A DNA stretch of 64,000 nt from a bacterium (GTDB lineage Bacteria; Patescibacteriota; 4484-211; GCA-002791395): assembly GCA_027002475.1 (NCBI GenBank), contig JALWZS010000030.1, positions 54,827 to 118,826 on the forward strand, in the 5' to 3' direction. Under the pieces are notes generated by a model that was not told where the DNA came from, did not search any database, and was given only the letters and a program-made list of their open reading frames with translations. Position 1 is the first letter of the stretch. Each line of letters opens with the position of its first letter. This document shows positions 55,584-64,000 of this stretch, piece after piece. The position numbers and the translations under genes were made by a program.

Positions 55584-55969
55584 TTAGGAGAAAATGCATA
55601 TACATTTTCTCCAGTGAAACCGATTAGGTTTCGTGCGTATTGTATCAAAAAAGGCTCCTAGGGAAAATCTCAAAAGCTTAAGACCTTGCCTAGGAGCCTT
55701 ATTCATAAGAATAAAGCCATCCCGCTTAGACGCAGTAGCCTTGTTAGGCAGGGAACGTATTCTGCTTTAAAAAGCAAAAGTTCGTGATCGCACACTAGCC
55801 CCACGGGGTTAATGTATATTGACCACAGTTTCTTAAAGAGTGTCAAGCAAAATTAAACGCCCCTTTTCTACGTACAAAGCAGGATTTTAAGGTTCGTTGC
55901 GCTTTGCGCATGACCAATTATTTTATATACCCTATATAGGCAAGTTGTCAATATAGAGGGAGGTCTATA

Positions 55970-56110
55970 TGTTAGGGGTTAGAGAGTTATAGGGTTGGAG
56001 GGTTACAGAGTTAGAGAGTTGGAGAGTTAAAGAGTTAGAGGGGTGAAGAGTTGAAGAGTGGGAGAGTTCAAGAGCTAGAGAGTTGTAGAGTTGGAGGGTT
56101 TAAGGGGTGG
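55970..56110. repeat. Tandem array of about 17 imperfect 8-bp units (RGAGRGTT on plus, AACTCTNN on minus)
   Basis: ggttagag agttatag ggttggag ggttacag agttagag agttggag agttaaag ... Non-coding. Abuts the fmt stop. Confidence 0.8.
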
Positions 56111-56993
56111 TTAGGTAGCCTGATGCGAATTGTTTCCATGAAATAGGAGACTTGCCTTCTAGCTGTAGCTTATTGATCTGCAGTGTATCGTTTAATAACT
56201 GTGAGTTTAGTAGCAAGACTCTTTTTTCTTGCCATTTTGACGGGACATTTTGGTTTGGGCTAAAGTACTTTACTAGCTCGGATAGATACGCCCAAGCAAT
56301 AGGCTTAGGATAAAAGGCTCTGATTTTCCTGTCTATGACCTTAATATCTTCACTAAAGTCTATGTGCGCGTCGTCTTTTTTTATACTTTTTGTGTAGGAA
56401 GCTTCACCTACTTGCTCTTTTTCTATCAAATTATCGTTTGCAAGTTCGTCTAGTGCTTCAAGAAACATAGTTATCCCAAGTGGGAAGGCTTTTTGTGCTA
56501 AATTATAGGTTGTGTCGGTTAGCGCTATACTGAAAGATACTTGTTTTATGATTGGACCAGTATCGAACTTTTCGTTAATTTTCATCAAAGTAACTCCGGT
56601 TTCGGTTAGACCGTCAAGTATGGCTTGTTGCATAGGGCTAACTCCACGGTATTTTGGAAGGAGTGATGGGTGTATGTTAAAGGTCCCGTGTCTTGGCGCT
56701 TCATACACAGATTTTGGTATTAGGTAGCCAAATGATGCAACTAGACCGACGTCAGGATTTAAGGACTTTAGGTATTCTTCTTGTTCAAGTAGTTCCTGTT
56801 TAGACGAGATGTTAATCGTGGTTAGTTCATTTTCCATAGCAATTTCAAAAGGTGAAGTATATGCAAATGGCATACTTGCTTTAGACTTGTTTGTTATAAC
56901 CGCTGCGATTTCATGCTTGTCACCCAGTTGCTTGATTAGGCTGTGCATAGCCAAACTTGAATAGTAGTCTGTTCCGAAAAATACAATTTTCAT
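56100..56993 (-). CDS. fmt: Methionyl-tRNA formyltransferase
   Basis: MKIVFFGTDYYS...NIHPSLLPKYRG. C-terminal Fmt domain. Confidence 0.85.
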   Translation of the reverse strand: MKIVFFGTDYYSSLAMHSLIKQLGDKHEIAAVITNKSKASMPFAYTSPFEIAMENELTTINISSKQELLEQEEYLKSLNPDVGLVASFGYLIPKSVYEAPRHGTFNIHPSLLPKYRGVSPMQQAILDGLTETGVTLMKINEKFDTGPIIKQVSFSIALTDTTYNLAQKAFPLGITMFLEALDELANDNLIEKEQVGEASYTKSIKKDDAHIDFSEDIKVIDRKIRAFYPKPIAWAYLSELVKYFSPNQNVPSKWQEKRVLLLNSQLLNDTLQINKLQLEGKSPISWKQFASGYLTTP

Positions 56994-56994
56994 T

Positions 56995-58062
56995 TTAGCT
57001 TTGCGGTATCTGAACTTTATTAAGCAGAGAGATTTGTTCTAACGATATTCCACATCCGCGTGCAACTGTGGTTAATGGGTCTTTGTCTATAAATACCGGC
57101 ATTTGAGTTTCGTTGGCAATTCTTTTATCAAGCCGTCTAATTAAAGCTCCGCCACCAGTTAGAACTATTCCTTGAGAGTAAAGGTCGGATATTATTTCTG
57201 GAGGGGTTTCTTCAACCGTGTCTTTAATGTTGTCGACAATAAGTGAAATTGCAGGGTTTAATGCTTCATAAAGATCGTTTTCTGATATAGTTATCTCGCG
57301 CGGTAAGCCCGTTCTTAAGTCGCGACCTCTGATCGTTGCGGTTTCTGGCTCGCTTTCGGTATTAGGCAGTGCAGAGCCAATTTGTATCTTAACCTTTTCG
57401 GCTGTTCGCTCTCCAATTATTAAGTTGTGACGTTGCTTAACCCAATCAACAATGGCCTTGTCCATCTCGTCACCTGCAACACGAATTGATCTGCTAACAA
57501 CTATTCCGCCAAGACTAATAACTGCCATCTCTGATGTGCCACCACCAATATCTACAACCATACTTCCAGATGCTTCTTCAACTGGAAGCCCTGCGCCAAT
57601 CGCTGCTGCCATTGGTTCTTCAATTAAATAAACTTTTCTTGCGCCGCTTCTTCTTGCTGCGTCAATGACTGCTTTTCTCTCAACCTCGGTTATCCCAGAA
57701 GGGATTCCAACAGTCATTCTAGGGCGTGGAATTTTATAGCTAAACGGTTTTCTGGTTTTGTGTACCTTTTTAATAAAATAAGAGAGCATTGCTTCTGTTG
57801 CATCAAAGTCAGAAATGACACCGTCTCTTAGGGGACGAAGAGCAATAATGTTTGCTGGAGTTTTACCAATCATCTTTTGCGCATCCGTTCCGACTGATAA
57901 AACGTCTTTGGTTTTTTTATGTATTGCTACAGTTGAGGGCTCGCGTATTACAATGCCTTTTCCTAGTACAAAAACTAACGTGTTGGCGGTCCCTAAATCT
58001 ATACCAATATCATGTGTGAAATATTGCCAAATGTTGTCGATTAAAGAATTGTTACTGCTCAT
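56995..58062 (-). CDS. mreB: MreB rod-shape protein (paralogue 2, next to mreCD-PBP2)
   Basis: IGIDLGTANTLVFV...DIGGGTSEMAVISLGG. Confidence 0.9.
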   Translation of the reverse strand: MSSNNSLIDNIWQYFTHDIGIDLGTANTLVFVLGKGIVIREPSTVAIHKKTKDVLSVGTDAQKMIGKTPANIIALRPLRDGVISDFDATEAMLSYFIKKVHKTRKPFSYKIPRPRMTVGIPSGITEVERKAVIDAARRSGARKVYLIEEPMAAAIGAGLPVEEASGSMVVDIGGGTSEMAVISLGGIVVSRSIRVAGDEMDKAIVDWVKQRHNLIIGERTAEKVKIQIGSALPNTESEPETATIRGRDLRTGLPREITISENDLYEALNPAISLIVDNIKDTVEETPPEIISDLYSQGIVLTGGGALIRRLDKRIANETQMPVFIDKDPLTTVARGCGISLEQISLLNKVQIPQS

Positions 58063-58133
58063 GAATATCAAAATGATTATACAGCACTATCTTTATCTAT
58101 TTTTATTTTGGGATGACTATATAATGATGGTGC

Positions 58134-58922
58134 ATGCTCAGAAGATACATAATTTTACTATTTATCAGCTTAGTCCTTATAACCTCTGATAGAGTGATTG
58201 GGTTTGGCTCTGTAAAGACTGTACTACAGGTGCCATTAATGCCAATTAGCTATGGTTTATATAGCGTAGGCTACACTGTTGATGGTTTGGTTAAGTTTAT
58301 CGTCAGTCTCCCTAGTGTTTATCAAGAGAACTTAAAGATGCAGGACAAAATTAAAAGTTTAGAGGAATCTCTAGTGCGTTATGACGACTTGGTAGAGGAA
58401 AATAAAGCCTTAAGGCAGCAGCTAAATATTGCTGGAGAACGCAGCGGTCAAAAAGTGATGGCAAGTGTGGTTGGCATTGATGATAGTAACGGGGCAATTT
58501 TTATACTTATAAACAAAGGAGCTCGTGACGGGTTGAAAGAAGATATGATTGTTGTTCTTGGCAAGTCTCTTGTTGGGCGAATTACTAAAGTTAATAGAGT
58601 TAGTTCTTACGTTTTGCCAATCATCTCAACACAAAGCAAGGTTCCGGTTAAGGTGTTAACTGGTGGCGATGATGTTGTTAAAGGACTTTTGGTTGGTGAA
58701 CTAAATAAAAACATTGTGTTAACAGAAGTACTCCAAAAAGACGAAATTCATACTGGGGATTTAATTGTTGTGAGCGGTGAAGGCGGTATCTATCCTACAG
58801 GATTGTTGGTCGGCAGGGTCGGAGAGATTACTTCTAAGGATAATGAGCTTTTTAAAAAGGCTACAGTAGAACCCGTATGGGTGCTAGAAGACCTAAGGAC
58901 AGTCTTTATTGATATTAAATGA
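58134..58922 (+). CDS. mreC: Rod-shape protein MreC
   Basis: N-terminal TM, coiled coil, beta-rich C-domain. Lies upstream of mreD-mrdA. Confidence 0.75.
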   Translation: MLRRYIILLFISLVLITSDRVIGFGSVKTVLQVPLMPISYGLYSVGYTVDGLVKFIVSLPSVYQENLKMQDKIKSLEESLVRYDDLVEENKALRQQLNIAGERSGQKVMASVVGIDDSNGAIFILINKGARDGLKEDMIVVLGKSLVGRITKVNRVSSYVLPIISTQSKVPVKVLTGGDDVVKGLLVGELNKNIVLTEVLQKDEIHTGDLIVVSGEGGIYPTGLLVGRVGEITSKDNELFKKATVEPVWVLEDLRTVFIDIK

Positions 58923-59277
58923 TATGAAGCAATACATTTTACTATTACTATTAATTCTTATTAGTGTAGCTCAAGTGGCATGGGGTAGCTTTATGGTTGT
59001 GTTTGGCATAGTTGTGCCGATACTGCCAATTTATGTTTGGTGGATTTACCTTGTTCATAAGCCCAATATGGCAATGTGGTTTGCGTTTATTGGCGGTTTG
59101 GTTGTGGATCTGCTGTCGGCTTCGAGTTTAGGGTTTCACGCGTTTGTACTCCTTCTAGCGTTAGGTGTTGTAATTCTTTTTAATAGCAGGATTGCGAAAG
59201 ACAGTTTTATCGCAAACGTGATTACACTCCTTATAATCGTTGCAATTTATATAGCAGTTCCTTTTTACTTAGGCTAA
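58909..59277 (+). CDS. mreD: Rod-shape protein MreD
   Basis: Small polytopic membrane protein between mreC and PBP2. Confidence 0.6.
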   Translation: MILNDMKQYILLLLLILISVAQVAWGSFMVVFGIVVPILPIYVWWIYLVHKPNMAMWFAFIGGLVVDLLSASSLGFHAFVLLLALGVVILFNSRIAKDSFIANVITLLIIVAIYIAVPFYLG

Positions 59278-59286
59278 CTATAAATT

Positions 59287-61266
59287 ATGAAAAGTCGTTT
59301 ATTTTATACGGATAACATTAGGCAAGTAGAGCATAAACAGTATGGTAGCGATAAACATGTTGGGCTTGATAGATTTAGTCGCTGGCAAGAAGGAATATCG
59401 GGTCTAAAAGCTGCATTTGATAGTGACAAGTTTGATAGTAGTTGGAGGTTTGCGGTATTTGGGATTGTTTTGCTTGTTGGCATATTAATCCTTGTTGGTC
59501 GGTTGTTTACGCTCCAGATTGTTAGAGGTAGAGAGTACTTTACTAAGTCGGAGCGTAATCGAGTCTTAGTAAAAATGCTTACCCCAGATCGTGGCGTGAT
59601 TTACGATCGTAACGGTGTGATTTTGGCAAGAAACGCACCAGCATTTTCTGTTGGAGTGGTTTACTCTAAGCTGCTTGAGGGTGATATTGAAGATACGAAA
59701 AAAATGCTTAAAGACACTTTGGATATAAGCGATGAAGAGTTGGAGGCTTCTCTTAGTTATGCAAGTGCGCGACCAAATACAGAAACCATAATCAAGAAAT
59801 ACATAACCTATGACCAGCAGCTGGTTCTAAAGGTAAAATCATTTGAATATCCAGGTGTATTTGTTGTTGAAGATAAGGCAAGACAGTACCCATTGGGTAA
59901 ATACTTTTCTGCAATATTGGGGTATACAGGTGAGATTAGTCCAGAGGAGCTTTCTGAAAAAGATCCTCAAAAATACACTCTAAAAAGTTACACAGGTAAG
60001 GACGGTATTGAGCAACAATACGAAAACTACCTCTCAGGCGTTCTTGGGCAAGAGGTGATAGAGATTGAAGCAAACGGAAAAGCCATCAGTAAGTCGGTAC
60101 TAAAAGCCCCAGTTGCAGGACAAGATATAACCTTAACAATTGACGCCAATGTTCAAGAGTTTATTGGTCAGTTACTGGAAAAATCAATAAAAGAATACGA
60201 TGCTACTGGCGGAAGCATGATAATAATGTCGCCAAGCACAGGTGAAGTGCTTGCAATGGTTTCCTTACCAACATATGACAACAACGTCTTTGTTACCAAA
60301 GACGCTGATAGCGTAGTGAAGGTTTTAACTGATCCCCGTGGTCTTTTGCTTAATAGGTCAATTGGTGGATTATATGCGCCTGGTTCTATAGTAAAAATGG
60401 CAATAGGGGCGGAGGCTCTTCAGGAAGGTTTAATAACGGCTGATACGAAAATATCAGGGAAACCACAAGTAATAAGAGTTGGTGCATGGGAGTTCCCGGA
60501 CTGGACGTATTCATGGGGTAGGGCACCGTATGGTTTAATGACTGTTTCAGATGCAATCTCTGTAAGTTCAGATACCTTCTTTTATAAACTTGGTGGAGGA
60601 TATCCACCTCAGTGTGGTGAAGGAAGTGTGCCTTGTGATGTTAAAGGACTTGGGGTTAATGGTGTAGTTAAAGCTCTTCAGGAGTTTGGTTTTGGCTTCC
60701 AAACAGGCATAGATTTGCCTGGAGAAGCAAGTGGTTTGGTACCTAATCCTGCGTGGAAACTTGAAACTAGAAAAGAGGAATGGTTCTTAGGGAATACATA
60801 CCACCTTAGTATCGGGCAAGGTGATTTATTAGCAACTCCAATTCAAGCAATAAATTTGAGTAATACTATTGCTACAGATTCAAAAACTATTCGTCCACAT
60901 TTGATAAAAGATAAAGCTATCGTAAAAAGGGAAGGGTACAATAAAGGCGTAGATAAGCCCGTTTACCTTGAAAACCTGCATGCTGTTCGTGAAGGTATGG
61001 TTAAAGCTACGTCCGTTGGGATTGTGTATCCCCTTAGAAACGTAGCCGTTAAAGTCGCTGCAAAGACAGGAACCGCAGAGTTTGGAAGTCTTAATGCAAA
61101 GGGAGAGTACGATACTCACGCTTGGGTTACTGGTTTTGCGCCAGTAGAAAATCCACAGGTTAGTTTTGTTGTGATGTTGGAATCTGGCGGTAAATCTTCG
61201 AATGCTGCTAGGGTGGCTGCAGAGTTTATTAATTGGTATTTTGACTCTTACTTAAAGGAACAGTAA
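59287..61266 (+). CDS. mrdA: Penicillin-binding protein 2 (elongasome transpeptidase)
   Basis: SIVK (SxxK), SWG (SxN-like) and KTGTAE motifs. N-terminal TM plus dimerisation domain. Confidence 0.85.
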   Translation: MKSRLFYTDNIRQVEHKQYGSDKHVGLDRFSRWQEGISGLKAAFDSDKFDSSWRFAVFGIVLLVGILILVGRLFTLQIVRGREYFTKSERNRVLVKMLTPDRGVIYDRNGVILARNAPAFSVGVVYSKLLEGDIEDTKKMLKDTLDISDEELEASLSYASARPNTETIIKKYITYDQQLVLKVKSFEYPGVFVVEDKARQYPLGKYFSAILGYTGEISPEELSEKDPQKYTLKSYTGKDGIEQQYENYLSGVLGQEVIEIEANGKAISKSVLKAPVAGQDITLTIDANVQEFIGQLLEKSIKEYDATGGSMIIMSPSTGEVLAMVSLPTYDNNVFVTKDADSVVKVLTDPRGLLLNRSIGGLYAPGSIVKMAIGAEALQEGLITADTKISGKPQVIRVGAWEFPDWTYSWGRAPYGLMTVSDAISVSSDTFFYKLGGGYPPQCGEGSVPCDVKGLGVNGVVKALQEFGFGFQTGIDLPGEASGLVPNPAWKLETRKEEWFLGNTYHLSIGQGDLLATPIQAINLSNTIATDSKTIRPHLIKDKAIVKREGYNKGVDKPVYLENLHAVREGMVKATSVGIVYPLRNVAVKVAAKTGTAEFGSLNAKGEYDTHAWVTGFAPVENPQVSFVVMLESGGKSSNAARVAAEFINWYFDSYLKEQ

Positions 61267-61289
61267 AATACTTTTTAGGTACGCATCCG

Positions 61290-62381
61290 ATGAAAACTAA
61301 GCAGTCCGTAGATAACTTATTTAAACTATTAACCCTACACAATGTTAAAGGGCTTGGTGACAGGACATTATTTAAGCTTTTTGAAACTACAAGTAATCTA
61401 GATTCTTTACTAGAAAAAGTTGAGAGTGGGGATTTGGGGATTGGCGGGAAAAAGCTAGAACTGATACTGCCCAGTAGAAGCGAAATCTTGAAGATGATTG
61501 GTGTAATTGATCGGTTAAACGTGAAAGTCATTCCGTCTTTTTCTAAAGATTACCCTTCACAGTTGAAGCATTTGTATGATCCGCCGCCAGTTCTTTATGT
61601 GAGAGGGGCGTTTAATTTTAGTTTTGAGACGTCGCTTTCTGTTGTAGGCACACGTGCATACTCAAGCTATGGAAACAGTGTTCTTAAAACACTATTGCCT
61701 GATGTGATTAGCTCTGGTATTACCGTCATTTCTGGAATGGCAATGGGTATTGACGCATTAGCGCATTGGATTGCATTAGAGACTGAAGGTTTTACTGTTG
61801 CTGTTATGGGAAGTGGCATAGACATAGTTGCCCCAAGACAAAACGCCCAACTTTACGAAGAGATTGTAGATAAAGGTTGTGTAATTTCGGAGTTCCCAAT
61901 TGGGACTGAACCTACACGCTATACTTTCCCACAACGTAATAGAATAGTCGCAGCACTTGCTAAAAGCGTTTTAATTGTTGAGGCTCCTGCAAAATCGGGT
62001 GCGCTAATTACTGCAGAATATGCTGCCGACATAGGAAGGGACATCTTAGCGGTTCCAGGGAGTATTTTAAGTAGTTCGTCGCAAGGCACTAACAAGCTAA
62101 TTGCTTCTGGAGCAAGGCCTGTACTAAGTGTAGACGACTTGTTGGATTCGTTTGGATTGGTCCGTGGGCAATTAAATGTTTTAAGCGAGAATTATGAAGA
62201 GTTGGGGAGTATGGAAAAGACGATTTTAGAACATATAGGTAGTGCGACTGTTAGTATAGATGACATTGTTCAATCGCTTAAGGATCATGGTTATGATGAA
62301 ATAATAAATGCTATTTCGACTTTAGAAATTGCTGGAGTGTTAACCAGAGTATCTGGAGATGTGTTGATGGTCTCTCGCTAA
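61290..62381 (+). CDS. dprA: DNA-processing protein DprA/Smf
   Basis: SAM-like N-domain. Rossmann DprA core VVGTRAYSSYG...VISGMAMGIDALAH. C-terminal winged-helix. Confidence 0.85.
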   Translation: MKTKQSVDNLFKLLTLHNVKGLGDRTLFKLFETTSNLDSLLEKVESGDLGIGGKKLELILPSRSEILKMIGVIDRLNVKVIPSFSKDYPSQLKHLYDPPPVLYVRGAFNFSFETSLSVVGTRAYSSYGNSVLKTLLPDVISSGITVISGMAMGIDALAHWIALETEGFTVAVMGSGIDIVAPRQNAQLYEEIVDKGCVISEFPIGTEPTRYTFPQRNRIVAALAKSVLIVEAPAKSGALITAEYAADIGRDILAVPGSILSSSSQGTNKLIASGARPVLSVDDLLDSFGLVRGQLNVLSENYEELGSMEKTILEHIGSATVSIDDIVQSLKDHGYDEIINAISTLEIAGVLTRVSGDVLMVSR

Positions 62382-63472
62382 AAGAAGCGTCCAACATCAT
62401 AGATACTAATAATTACAATTAGTACCATTAAGATAATAAAACCAGCAACATGTATCCAACCTTCGTATTTTGGCAAAACCTTTTTACCTGTGATACCTTC
62501 AATAACAACAAATACTAGTCGTCCACCATCTAATGCGGGGAAGGGGAGTATGTTAACAATTGCAAGGTTAATAGAAATTAATGCAAGAAGTTGGAGATAA
62601 GGGAATATCCCCTCACGTGCAGCATCACTGGTGATTTTTGCTACGCCTATTGGTCCAGCAATATCAGTTGGTACGTGTCCTTGCGTAAGTTGTTTTAGCA
62701 TGTCGCCAAAGCCAATTAGAATTGCTTTGGCAAGTTCATAGGATGTAACTATGCTTTCGCCTGGAATTTGCCACCATTTGAGTTTAACGTAGTCAACGGT
62801 ATATGTTGTTTGAATCTCAATCCCAATAGAACCTTGTCCCTCTGGGGGATTCGCGCGTGCAAGTACTGTTTTTTCTTCACGAGTTTTGTCGTCATTTAGG
62901 TCTTTTTGTATTAACAAATCGATTTTTTCTCCTTTATGCTCATCTATAAAGTTAATAAAATCGTCTTGCTCTTTCATGTAGTTAAACTCTTTTTGCTGTG
63001 GTGTTTTAAATGCAATAATGTACGTGTCTGGTTCTAACTTAGCCTCTTGAGCAGGCGAGTTGGGTGCTACATCATTGATTTTGACTATGAAGTTAACGTC
63101 AGGTTTGCCAAGTCCAATAAAGACAATTGCAATTACAACAACTGCGAGCAAGTAATTCATAATGATTCCTGCGGTTAAAACGAAACTTCTGACTAAAGGA
63201 GATTTGTAACTAAATGCCCTTTTCTTTTCTTCTTCAGATAATTCTTCTTCCAGTTCGTTCTCACCAAGTAAACGGACAAAGCCGCCAATTGGGAGTATGC
63301 GAATGGTGTATTCAGTTTCGCCATCGTTAAAAAGGGTAATCAGCTTTGGTCCCATGCCAATGGCAAATTCATCTACTCTAATGCCAGACCATTTAGCAGC
63401 AATAAAATGTCCAAATTCATGGACAAATACAAGAATGGATAATGTGATTATTAGTACGATTACAGTAAACAT
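62378..63472 (-). CDS. rseP: RIP site-2 metalloprotease RseP (M50)
   Basis: HEFGHFIAA (HExxH), PDZ domain, and LDGG toward the C-terminal TMs. Confidence 0.85.
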   Translation of the reverse strand: MFTVIVLIITLSILVFVHEFGHFIAAKWSGIRVDEFAIGMGPKLITLFNDGETEYTIRILPIGGFVRLLGENELEEELSEEEKKRAFSYKSPLVRSFVLTAGIIMNYLLAVVVIAIVFIGLGKPDVNFIVKINDVAPNSPAQEAKLEPDTYIIAFKTPQQKEFNYMKEQDDFINFIDEHKGEKIDLLIQKDLNDDKTREEKTVLARANPPEGQGSIGIEIQTTYTVDYVKLKWWQIPGESIVTSYELAKAILIGFGDMLKQLTQGHVPTDIAGPIGVAKITSDAAREGIFPYLQLLALISINLAIVNILPFPALDGGRLVFVVIEGITGKKVLPKYEGWIHVAGFIILMVLIVIISIYDVGRFF

Positions 63473-63521
63473 ATTTTCTGCCAGATGCCATTATACGTGG
63501 GAGACCTTTTGGAAGCAAAGG

Positions 63522-64000
63522 TTAAACTGACATAATTGCAGCAACCTTTTTTTCTTTTAGCTCGTTAATCTTTTTATTGTACTCATCGACTAAGTCTTGA
63601 ACCTCTTGGCGTGCGCTGTCTCGTTCGTCTTCTGAAATTTTTCCATCCTCTTCTAATCCATCGATTGCCTTCATCTTTTCTTGGCGGATGTTTCTTATAG
63701 CAATTCGTGCTTCTTCTGCTAGTTGCCCAACTGTTTTTGCGTATTGTTGCCGCCTTTCTTCAGAGAGCGCTGGCATGGTTATACGAATGTTCGTTCCGTC
63801 AACTGCTGGAGATACGCCAAGATTAGACTGAGATATAGCAGATTCTATTGCATCAACAATGCTTTGATCCCAAGGTTGAATAAGGATAACGTTAGGTTCG
63901 GGAGAAGAAATAGCAGCGACCTCTTTTAATGGATATGTTCCTTCGTAGGCACTTACTTCGATATCTTCGACTAGACTCGGTGAGGCTTGGGAAGAACGGA
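63522..64000 (-). CDS. frr: Ribosome recycling factor. The 5' end runs past the window edge.
   Basis: ...ITMPALSEERRQQYAKTVGQLAEEARIAIRNIRQ...EDERDSARQEVQDLVDEY. The ORF is open upstream to the window end. Confidence 0.85.
   Translation of the reverse strand, partial: RSSQASPSLVEDIEVSAYEGTYPLKEVAAISSPEPNVILIQPWDQSIVDAIESAISQSNLGVSPAVDGTNIRITMPALSEERRQQYAKTVGQLAEEARIAIRNIRQEKMKAIDGLEEDGKISEDERDSARQEVQDLVDEYNKKINELKEKKVAAIMSV

Noticed and set aside
55970-56110. Possible CRISPR array
   Set aside because: Units are only 8 bp with no unique spacers. Periodicity and size are incompatible with CRISPR repeats. Classified as a simple tandem repeat.

Overview
This is a 64-kb AT-rich stretch (about 40% G+C by eye) of a small-genome bacterium. 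I infer Patescibacteria/CPR-like ancestry from several signs: archaeal-type TyrRS, rplA absent from the rplK-rplJ junction, giant repeat protein, two MreB paralogues, competence genes, and many short overlapping genes. Gene content is mostly housekeeping. It includes rplL-rplJ-rplK-nusG-secE, rpmG, seven tRNAs, leuS, tyrS, metK behind a clear SAM-I riboswitch, fmt, frr, ndk, sodA, a ZnuABC-like transporter and mreBCD-PBP2. It also carries comEA, a split comEC and dprA. There is a large alpha-glucan/glycogen-type cluster: glgA-like, two GH57, several GT4, a GT26, an APH-like kinase and a histidine phosphatase. The most unusual features follow.

1. A tandemly duplicated module made of a TrmB-family HTH regulator and a ~490-aa two-domain protein with a class-I SAM-methyltransferase domain. 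Next to it sit an NNMT/PNMT-family methyltransferase and a HisC-like aminotransferase. The module is split by a sharply GC-rich, foreign-codon two-gene cassette (15.6-17.0 kb). That cassette has duplicated 5' leaders, its own terminators and a perfect 12-bp palindromic operator/promoter.
2. A VirD4/TraD-like coupling-protein ATPase with a K/P-rich tail, plus a small membrane protein, inserted on the opposite strand inside the otherwise universally conserved rpmG-tRNATrp-secE-nusG cluster.
3. A repeated ~100-bp structured element downstream of both tRNA-Thr genes, an 8-bp x17 tandem repeat, a duplicated 5' end of tRNA-Pro, and several GC-rich structured intergenic regions.
4. A giant N-terminally truncated surface protein with phage tail-fibre repeats, next to an orphan Phd/YefM-like antitoxin.

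No CRISPR array and no rRNA were seen.
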